Part shown: in pieces, positions 23,301 through 31,000 of the stretch
Numbering within the stretch: the first letter of the stretch is position 1
Layout: the number at the start of each line of letters is the position of its first letter
Assembly: GCA_963674695.2 (NCBI GenBank)
Contig: CAXXGI010000001.1
Location: 480,001-544,000, forward strand
Reading direction: 5' to 3'
DNA from: a bacterium
GTDB lineage: Bacteria > UBA10199 > 2-02-FULL-44-16 > JAAZCA01
Length of the DNA: 64,000 bases
Notes under the pieces: generated by a model
Told to the model about the DNA's origin: nothing
Databases searched by the model: none
What the model saw: the letters and a program-made list of their open reading frames with translations, nothing else
Translations under genes and position numbers: made by a program

Positions 23301-24150
23301 CCTCCGGCTCCATATCGAGGTCGATGTCGGCGATCATCGGCCGTCCCGCGGGTGCGACCGCGAGCGGATAGCGGCGAACGAGATCCCCCTCGGCATCGAG
23401 TGCGATCAACTCCGGCGCACTCGTCCCGACGAGGATCTCTTTGCGACCGTCACCGTCGACATCGATCGAGCCCACACCCCCTTGAAAGGATACATCGGTA
23501 TCGAGTGTGAAGAGCAGATGCCGCGAGCCGTCCGATTCCCATCGCACGAGTTCCCGGCCTTCGCGATCAACCCCATAGAGCTGCACACGGCCGTCGTTGT
23601 CCGGATCGGCGGTGATGAGCCATGGCATCGCCCCCATATCGGCGTCGAACGCATCAAGTTTCACAAACCCTGCGCTGCGTCGATAGACCGAGACGGCTCC
23701 CGCCGCCGTGGCAAAGGCAACCTCCAGGCGGCTGTCCTCATTGATGTCGGCGATGATCGGTGCCGCGACAAGTGCGCTCGTTCCGGGGATGGGAAAACGC
23801 CAGCTCGCGAGCTCCACGCCATCCCCCCGCAGGACACGCATCTGCTGCGCGCCCGAAGCACCGCGGAGCACGAGGACGATCTCCAGCCGTCCGTCCCGCG
23901 TCACATCGACGAGTCGCGGCGACAGCGAAACACCGTAGCCCTCCCCCGCAAACGCGATCGGCCAGCCCTCGATCACCTCGCCCGTGCGATCCCACGCATA
24001 GACGCGCCCATCGCGCGACACCGTCACGCGCTCCACGGCATACGAGTCGTCGATGTTCCCGACGGACAGGTGCGCATGGGCCGCTCCATTCGAGAGAAAA
24101 GCAACGAGCGCCGTCACGACGAGGACAATTGCACAAATACGTTTCATCAT
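14338..24150 (-). CDS. Giant (3270 aa) secreted surface protein: FG-GAP propeller, FlgD-like and other Ig repeats, TSP3-like Ca-binding repeats, MYXO-CTERM-like tail
   Basis: Signal peptide; DINEDSRLE and DVDGDGRKE; TPNGDG..WNG/WDG motifs; repeated EYRLDG..W..Y..DxxGNxE units; DTDDDGVLDG repeats; GGGAGC-TM-RR C-terminus. Confidence 0.85.
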   Translation of the reverse strand: MMKRICAIVLVVTALVAFLSNGAAHAHLSVGNIDDSYAVERVTVSRDGRVYAWDRTGEVIEGWPIAFAGEGYGVSLSPRLVDVTRDGRLEIVLVLRGASGAQQMRVLRGDGVELASWRFPIPGTSALVAAPIIADINEDSRLEVAFATAAGAVSVYRRSAGFVKLDAFDADMGAMPWLITADPDNDGRVQLYGVDREGRELVRWESDGSRHLLFTLDTDVSFQGGVGSIDVDGDGRKEILVGTSAPELIALDAEGDLVRRYPLAVAPAGRPMIADIDLDMEPEVIVLLADRSVHAVHPDGTRVRRWSWRMPYEAGDALDTGVVAFDLYEGLLTSVSGWDQTAVYKVSRERFVELTLGENVHVYDRVLAEMEMPITRIEDVAVLPKLITPNGDGHNEEAEIRYLLSTEAAVTVDLLDAAGNRIYRVAEDERQAEGRNAIAIDGVNTQGTVTENDDVALPKGLYFVQLSATNDLGLTSRVNAPLIVFGVRAEIDAPIDADEEDERYPTVHGMVGIRGIATDPNIGEGNDNFDFLAYKVYVRPGAWLVDEDEALHAGDAGSAWSGVPVPIQHQSPDDVAREPADDAYPSANVSVRPVQHGLLAHWDASDMAVTPNGLYTILLKVIDGSGNVPERISFDSVVVQVRNVAPGTPYDPNDPATDPTDPENVGPVLTGLSVQPARITTTDPQSEIAYTLQNETSDISIALYRADGGEVGPVVASFAMGASAPGAYHFTWNGKDNLNRRVDVGRYRARITASAVDGTGGDVATTEDIRMDVATEYNTGLALLSFALSSDVFDPFDFITDENGQDVLAEELSIAYQFNRYARLFIDIVDGDGEVVRTITNGIIDKEGIVSWNGADDRGRVVASGRDFTVRIRGECIDTGCTDLVEDSAGVEVRALAIGGGGLAADISMLIGDEQVSGDTPDQRAGILRDDADVLNDFPLNGSADFSWRAAGKGYVRVPFTYEIEARGTEEWYEDEYKETTVTPENVPLFKVYYDQNPYPGQANVCTQWEHQMAQNYTTTAGLSFTDGFQIKQYGVKSLSIPGAIQLEVTGSDGYSQMHEGPFEFTQSVDSGASVNVTFRLQGRPKGALSSADQQIIMNGCTRGTNLAPCTAMGYAQNPTTSPRPFEGCDRGNPQGYTTQQYCASWPEWTAPTFGGAGAIVSVTCGSVKLWADARKQGTRPWGWFASSGSGFIDSRQYPGSMYTSAYSGATSSGGSNIISSQVDDYKLTFTPRINGENHERSSGDGYLNIDGLIQGWLGSASAPGAGGQMYVDILPAQFQTGDDTNLASNPCLFDGVKYINGTRDTGVQTAAKRCIVGSVEDVNSDAFRLETDPFSVYAAYPIANHPLFYSFSDVVHINEWTIDLRYPDGSVNDAFDVIDLLVHSDGTRDVNGDGVTESNKNVEDRFALRLKPDAAPKRLIEIRGQVVGTRWELRFFDAGANAWRRIAEGNGARSGTLAWWDVSRLNGRSFTVVLRTYDDADAVASEDTMDVDIGTPVHMGEYSVVRSPYGRYAIHFDENSLCPEEGPYPCDSGAEELVTVTPVPMDTPGFYLPSGIAPVGPVIEIKPDDIELNPIYQPQLEVFFTRAEIETLYAQEPQDVRDYVYGITAADVPVMALYNLKEDGELEQLATINTWDDQGTPGTGDDLFRISGLLNHFSRYLVMREDDGYPRLTLDAPGENAVVNGDVHVAGSVSGVDDDDPIDSLVVTVSDEEDHEETIFSGTSDVFDFSWNSDGADGARWIRAVARTNSGQQAEAAVSVVVDNAAPHTQIVVNEQLVEPGALAVVPPESELMLVVEDATERADAIRTISFRWDEGDYQEYEGIIALEALSPGRHAFSCFSEDDQGNQEAVQTVFISIVDPDQPGGGSTSVETLLSVGEPHADNGHEITVGPETPIAIVAAEGSSETHQIRYRINDEDYQVYSAPVTLGVNSEGVYEIEFFGIDFFGLAESAHAQPLVLDSTAPTSTIEVLGSSAEAAGRILATDATQFSCAAEDGGLVPAGVDRIEYRIDEGDWTRYEQPFGIAREGRDEVVLAVRAVDRVGNAEMPTERIIAYDVPKPQLLLVEETPAFSPNADGRQDEAVYHIRVTSAFGGALQATLHIADVEVDRFEGEANEIVLRWDGRFGEHEAADGVYAYRIDVSDGASVAATPLVGEIRVDTLAPAVAVTGVAREGNGVRISYETTDHGAPQAMAARFSLFAGEQEVVALPQSIVTPPNDHAFLWDGLNRFRARALDGGYRYAFTVADAAGNVSVADTGELSLDAGAPTSRLVVMGPTLEQAQERWVGPTTRMLIAASDLAGSIGRIEYRLDGSEWQAYAESFGLAVPGVHDLDHRAVDSAGNEEEPKAHRLILDDVPPVSQLQVEGIEQRVDGVPHWSGTATLVNLQASDAGSGVAHSYMRLESPPVQYDLSAPRALGNIGDGEHVARFWSQDAVGNTESEQEVRFVLHAVPPWTSVDIGSPQYRRGRQIFIDRTTPIQVRAESNVPDVVYLEHRLDGAGRVTVFSEGVAELAAPSFRIADAGGHAIRYLAIDQFENREERELSVTVDNNAPSSTLELSQQAAGEDQLVTPSTAVRLSASDDIVGVSTVEYAIDDGTWESYETPFELRDLAPGAHVISHRSTDYLGHIESSRERHVELLDIEGSLARKDDPRILVLSFTDDTTSDAEVAELRRLAENHAWGFRAVQDLVSFQRGMRSDAFNVFVFNSPNGTHEIESTAFNNQVLRELAARIYKGDVLMLTASAFAIEGVEWTRMLDRVGGVQTATLDASDDGPIEMIANVAGKEYVSAPLSSNIRSFSGISSLCSHVGGDTVVGSREYGDGSLLFVGVNLKVWADSFVPDEKDGDGEDLTRHAGEFEANWDTMWEEIFAQLVQTEESLSPGEVISLVISAAASDRAAQVRLLPGIPSGMSFVGSDGDDSHRSESWIFDLTPGVRREAVYTLRMPATGDAVRILLTRQTSWYNGLSDTTVISFFQEVGPTWADLWQRCAEGLAALRDAHDLPPEASAFLEGLIGRWESARGEPSHEVRLLIVLDTMDALSVLDRSRVKTLYRDLAELVEALQAASFELDVEDVAMDVSVVDADGDGLSDDTENDAGTDPYDADTDDDGVLDGQEIAALEDSDGDGFINALDTDSDGDGLADGLEFGLTEPAVDPDGFGPIKATDEDSEAFVADEDSQTTTNMASADTDGGGLKDGEEDRNANGRVDSGETDPNDPLDDTNPTQFAGGGGGAGCSLCEDGRSVSGVMWLCLFGLILGVFVLRRANIRGRNSC

Positions 24151-25190
24151 TCTTTTTCCGCGACCTCCATCAGTTTATTTCCAATATACATGGAATAGCG
24201 GTAGTAGGGAGCGTTTGAGCATTGTGTTGACTCCGCCGCCCCAAAATGAAGTTCGCACTCTTTCATCCCATCGACCCATTTCTTCATCTTCCTCTCCAAC
24301 GATAGCCCTCCTGCAACTCTGACGATATCTTCCGACACCACGTTTCCACATTCATCGTATTCCAGATACGCTCGAATATAGTGTCGGTCTGAAACTCTCC
24401 CAATCTCCGCACCACTACTGCCCATCCAGTCACACCTCATCAATTCCATGTATCGCCTGTATATCTCATCGTCTGTTGGTCTCTTTTCACTCGGCCCAAT
24501 ATATATTTTCTTCACCCCCTCATGCGCCATCCTCAACAATCGCGGAGATCGTGCAATTTTTCCCTCCCCCTCACTGCTAAGAGGAATTTTAGCCCTATAC
24601 ACATCCTTCATATCCTCCTGAATCAGCGGCACATACAACTCCAACCCTTCAAGCGAGTGAATACGGCGATTACGCTCCTTCTCATCTTTTCGCTCAATAT
24701 AGATGAGGCCGTAATACGTCTCTTTCGGAGCAATCCAGGGCGCATAGTAGACCTCATTCATAGTTGGATTGAGCAGGGCCTCACGAGGCGCATACGCATC
24801 CCTTACCTCACGATTCATTTTACATACGTCTCTGTGAAACTCCGGCCCAGCAATACCACCAAGCGGCCGTCTTCTCGAAAATGGGGACATCTTTACCACA
24901 CCCCTCCCCCCCTGTTTGCTATCCTTTACATGCATCTTATTCCTATAGGTCGAGAGCGCCTTGTCGCTGTAATTTTGGATCATGACACCAACAGGAATAA
25001 GGCTTTTCTTTTCACCGTCGCTAAGGATCTTGATCAGCTTGCGTTCCTTTCGCGATGTATAGGGATGCACGGCCACAACAATCTTGCCATCGGCTGACAC
25101 CACAACCTCGCGAGCGAAGTCCTCCGCACTCGCCGTCATGCTGACGAGCAACAAAACAACTGCCACCAGCATCGTTTTTACAATCTGCAT
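24147..25190 (-). CDS. Hypothetical secreted protein
   Basis: Start MQIVKTML with ggag RBS and signal peptide ending ASA; overlaps both neighbours; lower GC; no family recognised. Confidence 0.7.
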   Translation of the reverse strand: MQIVKTMLVAVVLLLVSMTASAEDFAREVVVSADGKIVVAVHPYTSRKERKLIKILSDGEKKSLIPVGVMIQNYSDKALSTYRNKMHVKDSKQGGRGVVKMSPFSRRRPLGGIAGPEFHRDVCKMNREVRDAYAPREALLNPTMNEVYYAPWIAPKETYYGLIYIERKDEKERNRRIHSLEGLELYVPLIQEDMKDVYRAKIPLSSEGEGKIARSPRLLRMAHEGVKKIYIGPSEKRPTDDEIYRRYMELMRCDWMGSSGAEIGRVSDRHYIRAYLEYDECGNVVSEDIVRVAGGLSLERKMKKWVDGMKECELHFGAAESTQCSNAPYYRYSMYIGNKLMEVAEKE

Positions 25191-27706
25191 GATCCCTCCT
25201 TTGACGGCATGATTTGCTTCACATTTTTTCGACGCCCCACAATGGTGACGAGCACCATCATGATGAGAATACAACCGATTGAATCCTTCCGCCCACGCAT
25301 GATGCTACACCCCCCTCCCGAACTCGTCGCATCGGATTCACTGGCAACAGCGACAGCAGCATCATCTATCGTTGAAAACAGGATCGCGGTGCCACCATAA
25401 CTCACCTTGTCAGCCCCCTTCACCAACGGCGACACACACATGACATATTCGCCCACGCCGAGCGCATCGACAAATTCGATCCGCACTATATTCATTGAAA
25501 ATGGCGCATATACCGTCGATGGCACCAATGACTCCGAACGACACAACGCTTCATCCCAAAGCTGCTTTCCCATCATCGCACCATCACGTATCGATGCCGC
25601 AGTTGTTTCAGACAATCGACTTACGAATATCCTCTCCTCATTATAGGAATCTGCCATGAGGTTCCTGGGAAATTGAATTTTCAGAAATTCGATATCCGCA
25701 GGGACATCCGTCGCACCGCCATCGATGCCATCTATCGTTATGCCGGACTCCCCAAAGACAGGGGGGTAGTCCTCCAATACCGCTTGAACCGCCGAATACG
25801 CATCAACCTTTCCATACCCCCAAGTGTCGTTCGGAACATCACCGACATAATCGTCCTGCCGAGACGTATCCTCGAGATAGTCCCGAATTTGATCATAGGT
25901 TAACTCGGGAGCCACCTGCAGCATCAGGGCCACCACACCGGCGACATGTGGCGATGCCATGCTCGTCCCCGCCATCGCGACATAATCCCAACCGATTTCG
26001 AGGAGAGGGTTAAAACTCGCATCATCTGAGCGGGCGGATATAACGTACGCACCGGGAGCGGTGAAATTCGGCTTTTCGCCCTGCTGATCCGTCAACGATG
26101 GACCCCTGCTGCTGAAGGGAGCAATATCACCCACCACTACACTGGTATCGGTCACCGATCGACCTTGGCGGTCCGTCCACTCATTTCTCGTTCCGCATGC
26201 ACCAACCGTTATCACATTTCCCGCTGTACCAGGAGCAGTGACGGTCGAATCACTATCTCCGGGAACATACTCATATCCGGGACCGGAGCCACTCGCCGGA
26301 CTGAACAGAAAACCTGAAGACGGATAGGTCCACGCGTGCACCTGGCTGCAGCTGCCGGAAAATACGACGGAAAAATAATACGTCTCTGGAACCGATTCTG
26401 AATTCGGTTCGATAAGCAATGACGCATGCGATTTTCCGTTGAGGGCATTAACGCTCTCGGATCGATCCAAAGCGTAATCCATCGTTCTATACGAACGCTC
26501 TACACTTCCCCCCAGCGCGATCCATCCTGTCGTATCCAGAACAGTATCATTGTCATAGTCATGAACATTCACCTGAATATCGACATCGCATGATGCGTTA
26601 TTCCAGATATCGACGTAATACAAATCACTCTCCACATACACCTGAATCAAGGCACCCTTATCCTGCGCTGCCTCCAGATCGAAACCAACATGCGATCCGC
26701 CATACTCCTCATCGACGGCACTGTTTCCTGCCGAGACCACGACAGCCCTTCCGGGGCTTTCTTCGACCAACGCGTCGAGACACTCGTCAAACAACGTGGA
26801 TCCGTCATGCGGCCCAATTTCAGTGCCCAGACTGATATTGATGACGGCCGGCATTCCCAACGCATCCGCTTTTTTGAAGATATAATTGGCGGCATCACAG
26901 ACATAGGTGGAGAATGTATTTGCGACAAATTCAGGTATATTGCTTGGCTCCTTATATTTCACTGCGATGATCGATGAGCCCGATGCCACACCAGGATAGT
27001 TATTAGAGATATGCCCGCCCGCCGCAGTGCCGGCAACATGCGTCCCATGCCCATTTACGTCCTGATGTGGAATATTCATATCTCTCTCACCATAGTATGC
27101 GACCTCATACTCGGCACCATACGACGACGACAACTCACTGGGTGAATCACCCCATTGATTCTGATCCCAGATATAGAGCACCCGGGATCCGCCTGAAGCA
27201 GACCGACGAAAGGCATCATGATACGCATCGATTCCAGAATCGATGACACCGACGACAACCCCTTCCCCATCGTAATAACGCAACATATCCAACCCATCAT
27301 AGACATCGACGACCCGGGTATCGACACCGGCCACATTATTCTTGTTGATGAGCGGCTTTGCGACCTCAATGTATTCGACCTCGGGCCAGGTTTCTGCCTC
27401 CTGCAACTCCTCCTGTGGCATGGAGGCCGTCATAACGGAACCAACGACCGTCCGCACCGCACCTCCGCACGTCCATATGCGCGCTGCGGTGACATCCGTA
27501 TCGGATGACTTGATAAACACTTCGATCATCGCCTCAGAACCATCATTGGACAAGGACAAGTGATACCCACCCTCACCTGCCGGTCGCTTAAGAACTTTCC
27601 AGAATGGATCAAGCTTCCCGGCATGGGCGGATAGAGATATTCCCAGAACCACGGCAACAACGGCCACGCACCACAGATGCTTCATATATGTTTGATAATT
27701 ATTCAT
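25178..27706 (-). CDS. S8 subtilase with MYXO-CTERM-like C-terminal anchor
   Basis: VGVIDSGID, GHGTHVAG, SAGN, FSSRGP, GTSMASPHVAG; tail SSGGGCS-TM-RRK. Confidence 0.9.
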   Translation of the reverse strand: MNNYQTYMKHLWCVAVVAVVLGISLSAHAGKLDPFWKVLKRPAGEGGYHLSLSNDGSEAMIEVFIKSSDTDVTAARIWTCGGAVRTVVGSVMTASMPQEELQEAETWPEVEYIEVAKPLINKNNVAGVDTRVVDVYDGLDMLRYYDGEGVVVGVIDSGIDAYHDAFRRSASGGSRVLYIWDQNQWGDSPSELSSSYGAEYEVAYYGERDMNIPHQDVNGHGTHVAGTAAGGHISNNYPGVASGSSIIAVKYKEPSNIPEFVANTFSTYVCDAANYIFKKADALGMPAVINISLGTEIGPHDGSTLFDECLDALVEESPGRAVVVSAGNSAVDEEYGGSHVGFDLEAAQDKGALIQVYVESDLYYVDIWNNASCDVDIQVNVHDYDNDTVLDTTGWIALGGSVERSYRTMDYALDRSESVNALNGKSHASLLIEPNSESVPETYYFSVVFSGSCSQVHAWTYPSSGFLFSPASGSGPGYEYVPGDSDSTVTAPGTAGNVITVGACGTRNEWTDRQGRSVTDTSVVVGDIAPFSSRGPSLTDQQGEKPNFTAPGAYVISARSDDASFNPLLEIGWDYVAMAGTSMASPHVAGVVALMLQVAPELTYDQIRDYLEDTSRQDDYVGDVPNDTWGYGKVDAYSAVQAVLEDYPPVFGESGITIDGIDGGATDVPADIEFLKIQFPRNLMADSYNEERIFVSRLSETTAASIRDGAMMGKQLWDEALCRSESLVPSTVYAPFSMNIVRIEFVDALGVGEYVMCVSPLVKGADKVSYGGTAILFSTIDDAAVAVASESDATSSGGGCSIMRGRKDSIGCILIMMVLVTIVGRRKNVKQIMPSKEGSCRL

Positions 27707-27793
27707 AATATCCTCACCTGTGAGCTGCCGTGATAAATCAGTTCAGTCATCATCATTCCGCTTCCTTCGTTTGAATGAGAAAAACATGAGCAC

Positions 27794-28012
27794 TCAAAAA
27801 AACAACATCACCAATATAACGTAGATAACAAACAATACAGGCACTGTCATGAGCCATCTCTTCTCGCTTCTATTTAAACGAAACACATCTCCCGTTGACA
27901 GACATACCTTCTTCGTCCTCTTTCTATAGTTCAATATGGATCTCCGCATACACTCATACATCAAGCCAAAAATCATAAATGACACCAATACTTCGACATA
28001 ATACATGTTCAC
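27794..28012 (-). CDS. Small two-helix membrane protein, candidate Rhs immunity protein
   Basis: GTGA overlap with the Rhs stop; two hydrophobic segments; low GC like the Rhs C-terminus. Confidence 0.6.
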   Translation of the reverse strand: MNMYYVEVLVSFMIFGLMYECMRRSILNYRKRTKKVCLSTGDVFRLNRSEKRWLMTVPVLFVIYVILVMLFF

Positions 28013-31000
28013 CTCCCTTTCTTCGGATGGCGATCATCTCCCTGTCCACATTCAACATGTGTACTTCTATTACTCTGTTGCATTAACATGACCGCCACAT
28101 CTTCGAAATTCATATTTGTCGATCCGTACAAACTCTTCTCCTGCAATGCAACTTGGTGTGGAAAACCGAAGCTGGGACCAATGCTCAAATTGATACCGCC
28201 CAACACGGGTTCTTCATTAGATTCACCAATTGAAATGCCAATGCTAAAATTTCGCCCCTCACCGATCTGATAGCTTGCAATAGGCTCAACACCCTTCCGT
28301 CTAACTGTGACATCAAGTCCAGCACCAAAGGAAGGCGTTATATACGACAGCGTCGAATCACTCGAATAATTCACAAGACCTAATGACACACTAGTTTCGA
28401 ACCGCACTTCGAAATTGTGCCCAATATCGAATGATATATACCCTGGTGTATCAGTTGCATATATTTCCGGATTATCAAACGCATCAGGAGTAATCATTAT
28501 GGGGAACATAAACAACCCCATCGGATCATCCCGGTTCACCGGATTTCCACCCACATACGCATACAGGTTCATGCCGTCGTCGTACCAGATGGGGTCGCGT
28601 TGCATGAATCTTCCCAACTCCGAAGAGTACATGCGATTGCGATAATAATAGAACCCTGCCTCCTCGTCGTATCGACGAGAGCTGAAGAGATACGCATTCC
28701 CGATCGCACTCGATTCAAGCTCGATACCATCCGCATCCGTGATCGTCACCGTACCATAGGGGTCGTAGCTGTATCGCTCGGCGACTTGTCCGAGTTCGTC
28801 CGTCAGCATCCGCACATTTCGGTTGAAGTCGGTCTGATAGAAGAAGGTCTCTCCGTCGCGGAGCATCGCAATCGGGTTGTCGATGGTGTCGTCGAGAACG
28901 TAACCGTTCACGAAAATTCCGTCCTCATACTCCTGCACCACCTGCCAGCCGTCATAGAGATATTCCACTATCCGGCCGTCTGCATGGATGACGGCGATGC
29001 GGCGTTTGAGGGCGTCGTAGGCGTATTGCACGATGAGCGTGTCGTCGTCGTGATTTCGCACTTCGATCAGGAGATTGCGATCGTCATAGACATACCGCTG
29101 CACGCCGTCATCGATCAGGTTCCCGGCGGCGTCATAAACAAGCGTTGTTGCCACCCCATCACCGCCATCGATGGAGAGCGAGAGTTCGGGATATTGGTTG
29201 AGCGCGTCGACGGTGTAGGTGGTCAGATCCGTGAGCGCAGGATCGTTCGGGTCGCGATAGCGTGTCCGTGCGGTGATGTTGTCGAGGGGATCGAGGTCGT
29301 AGGCGATGCGCTCGCTCCCCAACGTCGCCTCCGTGAGGCGATCAAGATCATCGTACTGATAGCGACGCTCATAATCGCCGGCATGGCGGTCGATCTCGGA
29401 GAGACGGTTGCCGACGCCATCGTACACGGCAGCAAGATCGAAGGGATGCGCACCGCCCGGGGCCTCGACCCATTTCTGGATCGGCCGCGCGATGGCATCA
29501 TACGCATATGACGCCGTAAGCTGATTCCCCAGACGCGCCTGTGCGCGGCGCCCCCCCACATGATCGAACTGGGCGATGAGGCCGGCGGTTGCTTCCGCAA
29601 CCGTGTCGATCCGACCAATCGCATCGCGCGTGTAGCTCACGGCGATGCCGTCGGGGGTAGTGAGGGACGTCAGGCGATCCTGCGCATTGAACGCGCGATC
29701 TACGCGCCGTCCGTCCTGGAGGCTCACATCGTTTCGGCCATAGGGGTCGAACCCCTCCTCCAGATGGCTAATGAGAAGCCCCGCGCCGTCGCGGCTTTCG
29801 GCCTCGCGCATCCGGCCCAGGCCATCATAGCGAAACGCATCTTCGCGCAGAAGGTTCCCCTCCTGCCAGGCACGGCGGGCAAGGAGATGCCCCGCGCCGT
29901 CGTAGCTCTTGCGCTCTTCGACGCCGCGCGGGTCCACCCGGCGCACGGGCCGCGAGGCACCATCGTACTCCACGGCATAGGCCGCGCCATCCGGCAGGAC
30001 CGTGCGCACCCGGCGATCGAGGGCGTCATAGGCAAAATCCGTTCGGTTTCCCTTGGCGTCGATGAGCGCCACCACGTCTCCGTTATCATTATATATGGTC
30101 GTCGTCTCCACACCCCCCTGGCGAATCTCGACGGTGGGGCGATCGAGTCCGTCAAAACGCTGAAGCGTTACCCGCCCCTCGGCATCGGCCTGCCAGATGC
30201 GGTTTCCACGGCCGTCATAGGCAAAGCGCTCTGTTTGCCCCATGTCATCTTCGCGCGAGACCATGCGGCCGGCGACGTCATAGGCGATACGTGTCGTCCG
30301 CTCCACCGTCGCCCCACTCACTTCATCGATCTCGCCTTGCGCGATCTCGGTGGGCCGGCCCATACCATCGCGAAGCGTGCGCACTTCGTTGCCCACCGCA
30401 TCGCGCTCGACGCTCACACGCCCGGCGGAATCATAGGCAACCGTGGCAATGGCCCCCAGGGGGTCGATCGTCTCGATCAAGCGAGACGCGGCATCATAGG
30501 AAAAGGTCGTCTCCCGAGAATCACCCGCTATGCTGTTCGCAACGGCATATTCACGCTCGATCAGAACGCGCCCGCGCTCGTCATAGACGCGCTCCTTTTG
30601 CGCCAAAAGCGTTTCCGGATCGCTGTCCGGCTCGGGAGCACCGAAGCGCTCTTCGCGCACAACGCGGTCGAAGGCGTCGTAGGTCAAACGCGTACGCGAG
30701 CCGACCGGGTCGATCGTCTCGACGAGCCGGTCATGGCCGTCATAGACATATTCGGTGCGGGCCCCCGCACCATCGACCATTGCCACCTTGTTCCCGTTGG
30801 CGTCGTAGCGATAGCGCTCGACCGATTCCTCGGGACTGTCAAAACCGCGGCGCACGCGAAGGACCAGATCGCGCTCGTCGTATTCCGTGAGTGTGGAGTT
30901 CCCCATGGGGCGGATGACGCGCGTGCGGTTTTCGTTTCCATCATAGCGATATTCGGTGACGACGAACCGGTCGGCCGAGACCTCGCCCTCGCGCAGGACG

